A program made the translations under genes and the position numbers. A DNA stretch of 64,000 nucleotides from positions 137,529-201,528 of the forward strand of contig DASWWW010000002.1 of NCBI GenBank assembly GCA_036400935.1, in the 5' to 3' direction. Source of the DNA: Minisyncoccota bacterium. GTDB taxonomy: Bacteria; Patescibacteriota; Minisyncoccia; Phycocordibacterales; UBA6065. Shown here piece by piece: positions 36,770-46,062 of the stretch (positions within the stretch are counted from its first letter, which is position 1; the number at the start of each line of letters is the position of its first letter). The notes under the pieces are model-generated. The model searched no databases. It was given only the letters and a program-made list of their open reading frames with translations, and was not told where the DNA came from.

Positions 36770-38038
36770 CTAAAGAACGTCGCCGATAAACGGAACCGAG
36801 AGCCTTCGGCGCACGCCGGGCGGCAGGAATGAGAGGCTCTTCTCGCCCCGCTCCTCCTTTTGGATGGCGCGCAGGCTCGATGCGACGTGGATCAGGTCGC
36901 GCCCGTATTTTTTATTGAGTTGATCGACGGCCTTGAATGCCTCGCCTCGGCTGCGGTCTGCGCCGGCCGCGCCGAACAAGTCCTCCTGGCGGCCAGACGC
37001 GGGCACAAGATTGCACAAGGTCACTCCCGAAGCACGATACACGTGGCCGGGATCGAACAGCTTCCCGAATAGCTTCTTGGCCTCGGCAATGATGATGAAT
37101 GGATCGTCGGTGGCGAGCTGGAGTCTAACCGAGTCGCGCTTGTACCAAAACTCCTTGGTCTTTATGAAGACGGAGAATTCGCGAGCGCACAGGCCCATGC
37201 CGCGCGCCCTGTGGCAGGCGCCCTCTATGTTTTTTGAAAGCTCCGAAAAGATGTAGCCCTCGTCGCTCGAATGCGGATGGAATGAGCGGGTCTTCATGAT
37301 CGATTTCTGCGCCTGGCCCGCATGCTCGCCGACGCGGTTGATCGAAGTGCCGTTGAGCTCGTACCACATCTCGATCTGAAGCTTTGAGAAATGCTCGCGG
37401 ACCCAGTCTGCCGATTTTCGCGCAAAATCGAGGGCCGTGTTGATGCCCAGCTTGCGAAACGAGATAGTCGTAGCCGAGCCGATGCCCCAGACGCTGCCGA
37501 TCGGCGTCCTGTCGAGCAGCTTTTCGACATCGGCCATGGGTAGGATGGTCAGGCCGTTAGGCTTTTGGCTTTTCGATGCCGTCTTTGCCAGGACGCGTGT
37601 CGATGCGAGGCCGAGCGATACGGAAATGCCAAGCTCTCGAGCGATGTCTTTCTTTATCTTTTCCAAAATGGGGCGAGCGGACTCGAGCGAGCCGTCGGCG
37701 GCAGGCGCGAATTCGGGAATATCGGAGAAATCGGCAAAGCACTCGTCTATGGAGTACTCCTCAACCACGTCCGTGTAGCGCCGGACTATATCGAACATGC
37801 GGCGCGAGAAAACGGCATAGGCGTCGTAGTCGGATTCGACGATGCGCACCTGCGGAAACTCCTTTCTGATGCGAAAGACCGGCATGGCGCGGGTAATGCC
37901 GAGCGACTTCGCTTCCTTGGACATGGCCGTGGCGATGCCGCGCTCGAATCCCGTCACGACGGGCTTGCCGCGCAAGGACGGATCCTTGGCAGCCTCGACC
38001 GACGCAAAGAAAGAATCGCCATCGAGGTGCATGATCAT
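36770..38038 (-). CDS. Y-family DNA polymerase (UmuC/DinB-like)
   Basis: HLDGDSFFAS, YSIDE, VWGIG, beta-clamp-like QEDLF, UmuC-like tail DQLNKKYG; start overlaps the stop of the upstream umuD-like gene. Confidence 0.93.
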   Translation of the reverse strand: MIMHLDGDSFFASVEAAKDPSLRGKPVVTGFERGIATAMSKEAKSLGITRAMPVFRIRKEFPQVRIVESDYDAYAVFSRRMFDIVRRYTDVVEEYSIDECFADFSDIPEFAPAADGSLESARPILEKIKKDIARELGISVSLGLASTRVLAKTASKSQKPNGLTILPMADVEKLLDRTPIGSVWGIGSATTISFRKLGINTALDFARKSADWVREHFSKLQIEMWYELNGTSINRVGEHAGQAQKSIMKTRSFHPHSSDEGYIFSELSKNIEGACHRARGMGLCAREFSVFIKTKEFWYKRDSVRLQLATDDPFIIIAEAKKLFGKLFDPGHVYRASGVTLCNLVPASGRQEDLFGAAGADRSRGEAFKAVDQLNKKYGRDLIHVASSLRAIQKEERGEKSLSFLPPGVRRRLSVPFIGDVL

Positions 38039-38367
38039 ACGAGCTTGCGGATTACGGCCGTGACGACGGCCTCTATGGAAAGCTCCGAGCCGACTGCAAG
38101 ATCCGCGCGAACAGGACCCGCGCCACCAATTCGCGAATCGAACCGGGCCATCCTAAAAGCGCCGTCATGCACGGCAATCACGATATTTCCATCGTGCGGC
38201 GAACGGGATCGGTCGACGATCAGCAAATCGCCGCGGAAAATTCCCTCACCGCGCATCGAATCGCCGGACGCGCGCATCATGAAAGTCGCCTCCTTATTTT
38301 CTATGAGGTATTCGTCGAGAGACATCGTCTCGAGCGCGTCTTCTTCTGCCTGCGTGCGGAATCCCAT
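38035..38367 (-). CDS. UmuD-like S24-family protein beginning at the cleavage-site Gly-Phe
   Basis: MGFRTQAEE...SLDEYLI...ATFMMRASGDSM...GDLLIVDRS...GNIVIAVHDG. Confidence 0.88.
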   Translation of the reverse strand: MGFRTQAEEDALETMSLDEYLIENKEATFMMRASGDSMRGEGIFRGDLLIVDRSRSPHDGNIVIAVHDGAFRMARFDSRIGGAGPVRADLAVGSELSIEAVVTAVIRKLV

Positions 38368-38373
38368 GCACAC

Positions 38374-38402
38374 AGTATAAGTGAACTACAGTTCACTTTC
38401 AA
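38374..38402 (-). promoter_or_regulatory. Promoter with LexA-type operator in the spacer
   Basis: TTGAAA-N17-TATACT; palindrome AAGTGAACT-AC-AGTTCACTT (38379-98) containing GAAC-N4-GTTC. Confidence 0.8.
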
Positions 38403-38404
38403 CT

Positions 38405-39304
38405 TTACAACTTATTGAAAATTTTGAGCTCCTCCTCCACCACCTTCTGCATGGCCTCGATCGTAGGCTTCATGATCTTATATGGGGCGACCTGCGACGG
38501 GTCTGATGCGACCTGCTTCGCCAGGGCGTCGCGAAAAGCGACCCGTATTTCAGTATTCACATGGATAATCGCGACGCCCGCATCAATCGCGGCCACGAAA
38601 TCCTCCGCCGAGTTTCCAGAACCGCCATGCAAAACAAGGGGCACCTTTGCCGCGGCCGAAATCTCCCCTATCCTCTTTATGTTCAGATCAGGATCCTTCC
38701 CGCCCGAGAGCATGCCGTGGATATTGCCGACAGCAGGCGCGAGCATATCGACGCCCGTAGCGTCGCGGAACTTCTTGGCCTCCTCGGGCTTTGTCAGGAA
38801 TTCCTCGCTGATCTTTACTCCCTCGGGGATGGCGTCGAGCACCCTCGAAGACTTGCCGATGAATCCGATCTCAGCCTCAACCAAAATATTCGGATTGATT
38901 TTCTTGGCATAGGCCACGCATTTTTTCGTAGCGGCGACATTGTCGTCGAAAGACTGCTCCGTGCCATCATAAATGACCGAGTCATAGCCCGCATCGACGA
39001 CCTCCTTCACCTTTTCGAACGAGTACGTGTGATCGGCATTGAGGAAGATCGGGAATCCTCCCTTTTTTACCGAATCAACGAGCGCGCGAACCTGAGCGAC
39101 ACCCATAAATTCCCGCTCACCCTCGGAGACGCCGATGATGACCGGCACCTGAAGCTTCTTTGCCGCGTTCACGACCGCCCAGAATCCCTCGATGTTTGAA
39201 ATGTTGAAATGGCCGATAGCGACTTTCTTGGCGAGAGCGTCCTGTACGTACCACTGAAGGGATTTTGGGCCGGCCTTCGCGCCTGATGTGAAGAATGTGA
39301 ACAT
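38405..39304 (-). CDS. fba: Class II fructose-bisphosphate aldolase
   Basis: NADH, VEAEIG, AVGNIHG, LVLHGGSG, VNTE. Confidence 0.93.
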   Translation of the reverse strand: MFTFFTSGAKAGPKSLQWYVQDALAKKVAIGHFNISNIEGFWAVVNAAKKLQVPVIIGVSEGEREFMGVAQVRALVDSVKKGGFPIFLNADHTYSFEKVKEVVDAGYDSVIYDGTEQSFDDNVAATKKCVAYAKKINPNILVEAEIGFIGKSSRVLDAIPEGVKISEEFLTKPEEAKKFRDATGVDMLAPAVGNIHGMLSGGKDPDLNIKRIGEISAAAKVPLVLHGGSGNSAEDFVAAIDAGVAIIHVNTEIRVAFRDALAKQVASDPSQVAPYKIMKPTIEAMQKVVEEELKIFNKL

Positions 39305-39366
39305 GTGATTATTTTAGCACAACAAAAAAGCCCGGGAATTTCTTCCAGGGCCTCGACTGACAGGTA

Positions 39367-39642
39367 TCATACGGAGAACCTGTCCATGACTTCAGCGGTC
39401 TCGAGGATGAAGCCGCGAACTTTGCTGGCAAACCCGGCAGGATTCGCGACAACATCGTTCACTTCCTCATCTTTGACGCTGATTATGAATTCTAGTCGGC
39501 TTCCGAGGGTCCGCGGGACCGGCGCGACGCTGCAGGGAACCTTAAACTTGGATGAGATCTTGCGACTCAGGCCAATCGGGTTCCCCGTAACGATCACGTC
39601 GATCATAAACAGGGCTCGGTGACTATATTCGTCGAAGTTCAT
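39367..39642 (-). CDS. Hypothetical protein
   Basis: ORF with promoter TTGACT-N17-TACAAT upstream and a hairpin downstream. Confidence 0.5.
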   Translation of the reverse strand: MNFDEYSHRALFMIDVIVTGNPIGLSRKISSKFKVPCSVAPVPRTLGSRLEFIISVKDEEVNDVVANPAGFASKVRGFILETAEVMDRFSV

Positions 39643-39770
39643 GGACAAGCTACCGTCTGACCGCAAAGGGAGAGCAGTAGTTTTCACTAACTATATTGTA
39701 CACCCAATAGCAAATAAAGTCAATAGGTATTTCGCCCTTTACCCTTGCCCTTATTTGGTACAATGATTGG

Positions 39771-40766
39771 ATGTTCTCAAAACAAATCGACTTCCTGGCG
39801 ATCGGCGACACGGTCACCGACGCCTTTATCAAGCTGAAAGAGGCGCACGTCACCTGCTCTATCGACCATGCGAGCTGCGAGATCTGCATGAAATTCGGCG
39901 ACAAGATCCCATTCGAGTCGGCGACGGTCATAAACGCCGTCGGAAATAGCGCAAACGCCGCCGTTTCGGCCGCTCGCCTCGGCCTGCGCTCTACCCTCGT
40001 CACCGATTTGGGCGACGACCTCTACGCAAAGGAAGCGATCGCCGAGCTCAAGAAGAATAATGTCGATACGCGCTATGTCCGCCAGCACAAAGGCATGCCG
40101 ACGAACTACCACTACGTCCTCTGGTACGGCGACGAGCGCACCATCCTCGTAAAGCACCAGGATTACGAGCGCGAGTTCCCGGACTGCAAAGATCCGAAGT
40201 GGGTGTACATCAGCTCGCTGGGCAGCAACTCGTACGAATACCACCTCGGCATCACGAATTGGCTCGAGTCGAGCCCGGACATCAAGGTCGCCTTCCAGCC
40301 GGGAACCTTCCAGATGAGCCTCGGCCTCGAAAAGCTCGCCGGTCTCTACAGGCGCACGGACCTTTTCTTCTGCAACAAGGAGGAGGTGCAGCGAATCCTC
40401 GGCACTTCCGAGAGCGACGTGAAGCGGCTGATGGAAATGATGCGCGGAATCGGCCCAAAGACGGTCGTCATCACCGACGGCCCGAACGGCGCGTACGCGT
40501 ACGACGGCACAAACGCATTTTTCATGCCGCCCTACCCTGATCCAAAGCCTCCGCTTGAGCGAACCGGCGCCGGCGACGCGTTCGCATCTACGCTCACGGT
40601 CGCCCTCGCCCTCGGCAAGACGCTCGAAGAGGCCCTGACCTGGGCCCCTATCAATTCCGCATCGGTCGTGCAGGACATCGGCGCGCAGCGCGGACTCCTC
40701 AACCAGAAGCAGCTCGCCGAATGGCTCGCGAAAGCTCCGGCGGACTACAAGCCGAGAAAGATTTAA
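39771..40766 (+). CDS. PfkB-family carbohydrate kinase
   Basis: GNSANAAVSAARLG, NKEE, VITDGPNGA, TGAGDAF. Confidence 0.93.
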   Translation: MFSKQIDFLAIGDTVTDAFIKLKEAHVTCSIDHASCEICMKFGDKIPFESATVINAVGNSANAAVSAARLGLRSTLVTDLGDDLYAKEAIAELKKNNVDTRYVRQHKGMPTNYHYVLWYGDERTILVKHQDYEREFPDCKDPKWVYISSLGSNSYEYHLGITNWLESSPDIKVAFQPGTFQMSLGLEKLAGLYRRTDLFFCNKEEVQRILGTSESDVKRLMEMMRGIGPKTVVITDGPNGAYAYDGTNAFFMPPYPDPKPPLERTGAGDAFASTLTVALALGKTLEEALTWAPINSASVVQDIGAQRGLLNQKQLAEWLAKAPADYKPRKI

Positions 40767-40780
40767 ATAAAAAGGCGCCG

Positions 40781-41317
40781 CTACGCGGCGCCAGGGTGCA
40801 ATACTCTCGAGAATAAGCGTCTCCTATTGTGACCCTCTTTGATGATCTGTTCGTAACTGAACATGTAGCGAAGTCTCTTCAGCTGGCGAGCGCCTTCGCC
40901 TATGTCCAGAAGCCTTTCGACAGCGTCAAACACCTTCTTTTCCGTAAGGCTCAGGAAATGGCCCGGCCCGATTTCCTTTAAAGGATCCTGGGCATACCAG
41001 AGACGCAGGCCTTCGAGGGCAAGACAGGTAAACCGGTCGAGCGGCATGACGTTCAGCCCTCTGAAAAGCTCTGGCTCGAACTCGTGCCGGACGGGACGAG
41101 CCCGCGCGGCCTGATCCAGAAGCCAATCCAGGTCAGCCGGCGAGCAGCGGAGCTCGATAGGAGTGCAGTCGGTAACCGACTCAAGCAGAGCACTGCGCTC
41201 GGCGCGGCCATTGGATATCCCGCCACCGTCGTAATAGCTCCACAGCTGCTGCATCAGGGAACGCGCGATCTTGAACTGCTCCAGATCGATAAACGATCTG
41301 TATGATGTCGTATTCAT
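40781..41317 (-). CDS. Hypothetical protein
   Basis: Fills the gap between convergent pfkB and the PAP2 gene; no family recognised. Confidence 0.55.
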   Translation of the reverse strand: MNTTSYRSFIDLEQFKIARSLMQQLWSYYDGGGISNGRAERSALLESVTDCTPIELRCSPADLDWLLDQAARARPVRHEFEPELFRGLNVMPLDRFTCLALEGLRLWYAQDPLKEIGPGHFLSLTEKKVFDAVERLLDIGEGARQLKRLRYMFSYEQIIKEGHNRRRLFSRVLHPGAA

Positions 41318-41365
41318 GCGAAAGAACTCTCTCAAGGCTACTCCCAGAGAGAGCAAAGTCAACCG

Positions 41366-41929
41366 CTACCGCTTCTTCAATTTCTTGTCGTACGGAGACC
41401 ACAATTTCTGCCCTATCGCCCTGAATATCAAAAGAAGGAGGATTCCAAAGAGCCAGCCAGCAAGGACCTGCGACGGATAGTGCACGCCCAGATAGATGCG
41501 CGAGAGGCCGACGAGCACGATGATGGAGGCGGCGCCCCAGGCGATGACATGGCTCTTTGGGTGGCGCAAGGCGATCCAGCCCAAAATGACGACGGACATC
41601 AGTGCGTGGCCCGATGGGAAGGCGAAGCTGTCGGGAGAATCGTACGAGAGCAGCGAGGGATCAATGACAAACGGCCTCTCGATGGCGAAAAAATGCTTGA
41701 GCGCCGAAAGGACGATGAACGAGACCAGAGTCACGACGAAGAGCTCGATCGCCACGCGCCACTTGTCTATGCAGATGAGCGCGATAAAGAATACGACAGC
41801 CATGACCGCGTACGACCCTACCCCGTAAGACAAAAATCGAGCCACTGGCTCCCATGAAGGACCGATCGACTGCACGGCGTGCATGATCGGATAGTCGAAA
41901 TTCGAAAGGTATGAGATGAATGCCTGCAT
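41366..41929 (-). CDS. PAP2-family phosphatase
   Basis: K-x6-RP, FPSGH, SRIYLGVHYPSQV. Confidence 0.93.
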   Translation of the reverse strand: MQAFISYLSNFDYPIMHAVQSIGPSWEPVARFLSYGVGSYAVMAVVFFIALICIDKWRVAIELFVVTLVSFIVLSALKHFFAIERPFVIDPSLLSYDSPDSFAFPSGHALMSVVILGWIALRHPKSHVIAWGAASIIVLVGLSRIYLGVHYPSQVLAGWLFGILLLLIFRAIGQKLWSPYDKKLKKR

Positions 41930-41930
41930 A

Positions 41931-42491
41931 TTATCGGTGCATGGTTACCACTCGCTGGACGTCGGCGCGGCGCAAGAGCTCGCTCTGCAAAGCCTCGGCG
42001 ATCTCCCTGTCGACGGTCTCGAGGATGCCCTGAGACTCGACGCGCGCGGTCGAAGGATCATCGGCACCCGCGGTGACGATCACAAGTTTGGAGACGCCGG
42101 TCGCCTGCTGGAACAAGGTCCTCTCGATATCTACGTTCTGGATCTGGCGGTACGGGATGGCGATCTCCTGGCGGGTAAATATGCCCTTGCGGATCTTCAG
42201 CGCGTCGGGACCGATATTGAAGCCCTGATTCTTGAAGACGAAACGCGCCGAGAGGACCGAAACCACAAAGCAGATGATCGAAATGCCGAGGCAGACGATA
42301 CTTCCGATAGCGATCAGGCGCTGGTACTGCGGAGGCACAACCGACAGGCGCCGGATGAACGAAAAGATAAAGGCAAGGACGAGAAACGAGACCGGCGTCT
42401 CGAGCCATTTCGAAAGGAAGAGCCAAAACGTCTTCTTGCCCAAAGTCTGGTACGCGTCGAACGTCAGTATCGGTGCCTGGTCGCTATTCAT
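41931..42491 (-). CDS. Membrane-flanked bacterial PH-domain protein (YdbS-like)
   Basis: Two TM then IRKGIFTRQEIAIPYRQIQNVDIERTLFQQATGVSKLVIVTAG. Confidence 0.85.
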   Translation of the reverse strand: MNSDQAPILTFDAYQTLGKKTFWLFLSKWLETPVSFLVLAFIFSFIRRLSVVPPQYQRLIAIGSIVCLGISIICFVVSVLSARFVFKNQGFNIGPDALKIRKGIFTRQEIAIPYRQIQNVDIERTLFQQATGVSKLVIVTAGADDPSTARVESQGILETVDREIAEALQSELLRRADVQRVVTMHR

Positions 42492-42590
42492 AGGCACAGT
42501 ATATACGAGCAATGCGCTGTTTGACAAAAGGTGCAGGAGTTGTAATTTGAATAATGAAATTAAACCCGCGTCTCAACCGCACCGCTCCAC

Positions 42591-42983
42591 ATGAGTACCG
42601 CCCCCAATCCCGCCCCGCGCCCCGTCATCACGATCCGCGTTTTCGATCATCACAACCAGCAAGTCCCGGAGGACAACGTCCCGGCCGCAGGCCTCAGCGT
42701 CGAGCTCATTCGGCATGACGGACCGCCGAGCAAAAGCTTCAAGGCAACCACCGATTCCCAAGGGGTGATCGAGGCGCCCCTCCAGGGCGACGATCCCTTC
42801 TTGGGAGAATACGAAATCCTACTCAGATGCGGCGAATATTATGCCGCCAAAGAGGTCGAAAGCCCCTTCATCTCCAGGGTATCGTTCCCCTTCCATGTCG
42901 GCAGACTAGAGACCAGGGCCTTTGTCGGCACGGTAAACGTCTGGATCTGCCCCCTGGGCCTCAAGATCGGCCTAACCTCCTAG
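42591..42983 (+). CDS. Transthyretin/5-hydroxyisourate-hydrolase-like protein, degenerate
   Basis: VFD...PAAGLSVEL...TTDSQG...GEYEILLRCGEYY...PF...V.FPF pattern; YRGS C-terminus absent. Confidence 0.65.
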   Translation: MSTAPNPAPRPVITIRVFDHHNQQVPEDNVPAAGLSVELIRHDGPPSKSFKATTDSQGVIEAPLQGDDPFLGEYEILLRCGEYYAAKEVESPFISRVSFPFHVGRLETRAFVGTVNVWICPLGLKIGLTS

Positions 42984-43057
42984 CCGCCCCCCCCGGCAAC
43001 GCAAAGCCGCCCCATTCCTGGAGCGGCTTTTTTTCTTATTCCCTTTTGGGGATTATT

Positions 43058-43702
43058 TTACTGCTGGGTTCGGATAGACGCCGGCCATGTGACGCTCACA
43101 TTTCCGGACTGATCCTCTGTGTGGATCATGTAGTAGTAGGTCGTATCCCGATTGAGATTAGGGATCGAGACGTTCTGCGATGTCCTGAATCCCGCGTCGC
43201 CAGTAGCCAGCGCGCCGACTACCGCGACCGTATGGAGGCTCTCAGAGACCATGAGGGGCGAAGTGCTGTAATACACAGTTCCCTTCGAGAGCTCGTTAGT
43301 AGTCCAAGCGACGGTTGCCGAATTGTTGTTCGCATTCGAGCTAATGCCGTAGATCATAGGGGCCGACATGTCAGCTCCTCCTACCGTCATGCCGCCATCC
43401 ATCTGGGCATTGAGGGCAGACATGGTAATCGGTCCGACGCGGCCTACGGTAGAGATGCCGTTGCGCGCCTGGAATTTGGTTACGGCCGCCTTCGTAAGCT
43501 CGCCGTAATAGCCCGTTACGAGCCCTTCTGGATAGAGGCTCGAATCCTGAGCGAGAAATTGCTGGAGGGCGCTGACGTCGCTTCCCGTGGATCCCACATC
43601 GAGAGATCGATAGAGGGTTGCCGCGTCAGCGAATGAAGGGGCGGCCACCGCTATCGCTGCGGCCAAAGCCAATCCTGCGCCTAGTTTTTTAGTGTTAGTC
43701 AT
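43058..43702 (-). CDS. Secreted peptidoglycan-binding protein with FN3-like domain
   Basis: Signal peptide; GSTGSDVSALQQFL...GYYGELTKAAVTKFQ; VAWTTNE...TTYYY. Confidence 0.88.
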   Translation of the reverse strand: MTNTKKLGAGLALAAAIAVAAPSFADAATLYRSLDVGSTGSDVSALQQFLAQDSSLYPEGLVTGYYGELTKAAVTKFQARNGISTVGRVGPITMSALNAQMDGGMTVGGADMSAPMIYGISSNANNNSATVAWTTNELSKGTVYYSTSPLMVSESLHTVAVVGALATGDAGFRTSQNVSIPNLNRDTTYYYMIHTEDQSGNVSVTWPASIRTQQ

Positions 43703-43796
43703 ATGTTTTTATTAGGCTAATCGTATAAAGGCATTAGGACCTTTATACTTGATGTGCCGTTCGATGCGGGAGCATATTACAATGATCCGCAAGCAA

Positions 43797-43824
43797 AAAG
43801 GCGCCCTCTTGCGAGGGCGCCTTT
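43797..43824 (-). terminator. Intrinsic terminator
   Basis: AAGGCGCCCTC-TTGC-GAGGGCGCCTT with A/T runs. Confidence 0.8.
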
Positions 43825-43846
43825 CGCTATCGGAAATTAGAGAGTT

Positions 43847-44668
43847 TTAGAACCCGAAGAGTCCGGCGAAGAATCGGCCGATGCCTCCGAAGAAGCCCCG
43901 CGCGTTCCTCCTGTCGCTTTCGCCCCTCGCCTCCTTGCCCTTGATAATGCTCGAGGCGGTCACAGACGTGCCGTTAATTTCACCCTGGACCAGGACCTCG
44001 TCGCCCGAAGCGAGGCTCGAGAGCTCGATCGTGTCCTTGCCCGACAGGACCTTCGCATTTGCAGCGTCCACGGTGTATGAAGTTCCGGCCTTGGTAGTGA
44101 CAGTGACGGATGAGCCGCTCACTGACGATACAGTTCCCGCGACGACAGGCTTGCCGTCGCCGGTGAATACTGGGGTCGAAGTGCCGTTGCCCCTGCCGCC
44201 CTTATCATCCTTTTCACCGCCCATGCGGAACATTATGCCGCTGTCGATCCTTGTGGCCACGACGTTCGTGCCGGTTACAGTTCCCTGCACCATGACATTG
44301 TCGCCGACTACGATGCTCGAGATAGTTGCATCGGCGTTATTCTTGCGAATGGTCGCATTGCTCGCATCGACGGTATAAGAGACGTCCGCAGAAGAAGGGT
44401 CCTTGAGATTGCCCTGCTTTCCCGCAACCACCAAAGTCGTGCCGCTGACAGAGGTCACCTTTCCGGCGATGCCCTGCTTCATTGCATCCTTTGGACCCTG
44501 GCCTTCCGCGCGCATGCGCATAGCCTTGCCCCCCATCCCCTCGCCCGTTCCGACCGCGGCATTCGCCTTGACCGTCACGCTTGTCTCCGCGTGCGTCGGT
44601 GCTGCTACGGCGAATCCCGCTAAAGCCACCGCCGCGACCGCCACAGACAAAGTTTTCTTGTTGATCAT
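43847..44668 (-). CDS. Secreted protein with two DUF5666-like repeats
   Basis: Two copies of GxVxSVSG...YTVDA.NA...GD.V.VQG..xGTxVxA. Confidence 0.82.
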   Translation of the reverse strand: MINKKTLSVAVAAVALAGFAVAAPTHAETSVTVKANAAVGTGEGMGGKAMRMRAEGQGPKDAMKQGIAGKVTSVSGTTLVVAGKQGNLKDPSSADVSYTVDASNATIRKNNADATISSIVVGDNVMVQGTVTGTNVVATRIDSGIMFRMGGEKDDKGGRGNGTSTPVFTGDGKPVVAGTVSSVSGSSVTVTTKAGTSYTVDAANAKVLSGKDTIELSSLASGDEVLVQGEINGTSVTASSIIKGKEARGESDRRNARGFFGGIGRFFAGLFGF

Positions 44669-44758
44669 ATATTGTTGAGTTTATCGGCGGTTATTAGGCC
44701 GCACTAGGAGTACGCACTGAGAGTCTGAATTGGTGCAGTACCCCGTTTAAGGTGCCGA

Positions 44759-45379
44759 CTAAGGCGTCGTATTCTTACGCCTGGCAGCGCCCTTATACAT
44801 ATAAGCCAGAGGCTTCGAGCTCGTGGCGAATTTTTCCAATTTCGTGATTTCAAAGCCGGCATCCGTGATGACCCTTTCGATATTTCGATCGAGATGGCAC
44901 CCTCCGGCAATCTTTTTAGAAAATGGAGTGAGGACATGCTGCAGAATCGCAGTGAATCGCTTCGGCGAGGCGCCATGCTCTATGAAAGAGAAGGTTCCGC
45001 CCGGCTTGAGAACGCGAAGCATCTCCCCGAGGGCCGCGGGCAAGTCCGGAATGCTGCACAGGCTCCAAGTCGAGACGATACAGTCGACTGAATTGTCCTG
45101 CAAAGGGACCTCTTCGGCCGAAGCCTGGACGAATTCGATCGGAAATGCGCTCGCCCGTACGCTTGCCTGCGCGAGATCGAACAGCTCTCTGGACGGATCG
45201 AGCGCGTACAATTTTGACACGCCTTTGTAGTGCGGAAGATTGAGCCCCGATCCGAATCCGATCTCGAGCACAGTTCCATGCGCCCCGGAAGCGACATGGG
45301 CACGATGCATCTCAAAATCCTTTCCCTTCATCGTCTGGTCGAGGTATTTGGGCAGAATGTAGCGGTCGTAGAAATTCAT
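44759..45379 (-). CDS. Class I SAM-dependent methyltransferase
   Basis: VLEIGFGSGLN, LCSIPD, RVLKPGG, GGCHLDR. Confidence 0.92.
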   Translation of the reverse strand: MNFYDRYILPKYLDQTMKGKDFEMHRAHVASGAHGTVLEIGFGSGLNLPHYKGVSKLYALDPSRELFDLAQASVRASAFPIEFVQASAEEVPLQDNSVDCIVSTWSLCSIPDLPAALGEMLRVLKPGGTFSFIEHGASPKRFTAILQHVLTPFSKKIAGGCHLDRNIERVITDAGFEITKLEKFATSSKPLAYMYKGAARRKNTTP

Positions 45380-45468
45380 ACAACTATCGTACCAGATTCT
45401 CGCAATTCAAATAGTTTCTGGTAGTATCACGATCAGGTACGAAACCACCACCCACATCCACTGAAATC

Positions 45469-46032
45469 ATGAGCAAGCTCTTTGCAGTATTGCTAGGAGG
45501 CAGGCCTACTGGCGCTACGATCGAACAGCACAACGTCTTTTTCGGCGTCGGCGAGAAGCTTGAGGAATTGTTTCCCGCCATCAAGAGATTCTGGACTGCA
45601 GCGCCAAAGATCCACATCGATGCCTATATGGTCATCGAGCAAGTCGGCGACTATTCCGTCGTTCCGTTGAAGAAAAACGAGCTTACTGACCCCGTGCGTG
45701 GCGAGCAGAGGCTCTTCTTCGTAAACCTCGGAGGCTATCAAGCGGGAGTGTTCGACGAGATTCACAAGAAGCTCTTCATCGTCGCACCTGATATGAAGGC
45801 AGCCCTGCTCGCCGCAAATACCGATCCCTTCTTCAGCGAAGGCATTCGTGCCGGACAGGCTGTCCCGCATATCGACGACAAGCATCCTTTAGACGAGTTC
45901 GGGGACGATACCCCTCTCGACCTCGGCGAACAGGTCAATCCTCAAGGATACGTCCTGTGCCTCAACAAGATCTCATCGGGAAGCAAGGCATATCCCGAAC
46001 CGTTCATTACCGGCTTCCTCCGGGTCGCCTGA
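45469..46032 (+). CDS. DUF1543-like protein
   Basis: KLFAVLLGG...IEQH...IHIDAY, repeated as LFFVNLGGY...EIH...HIDD. Confidence 0.82.
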   Translation: MSKLFAVLLGGRPTGATIEQHNVFFGVGEKLEELFPAIKRFWTAAPKIHIDAYMVIEQVGDYSVVPLKKNELTDPVRGEQRLFFVNLGGYQAGVFDEIHKKLFIVAPDMKAALLAANTDPFFSEGIRAGQAVPHIDDKHPLDEFGDDTPLDLGEQVNPQGYVLCLNKISSGSKAYPEPFITGFLRVA

Positions 46033-46062
46033 CAGGCTAATTTCGATTAGCCTGTTTTTTAT

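Noticed and set aside
39325-39355. ACAAAAAAAGCCCGGGA resembling the 3' end of ykkC/guanidine-I riboswitches
   Set aside because: The rest of the motif is absent; it reads as a terminator-like hairpin for the 39367..39642 gene.
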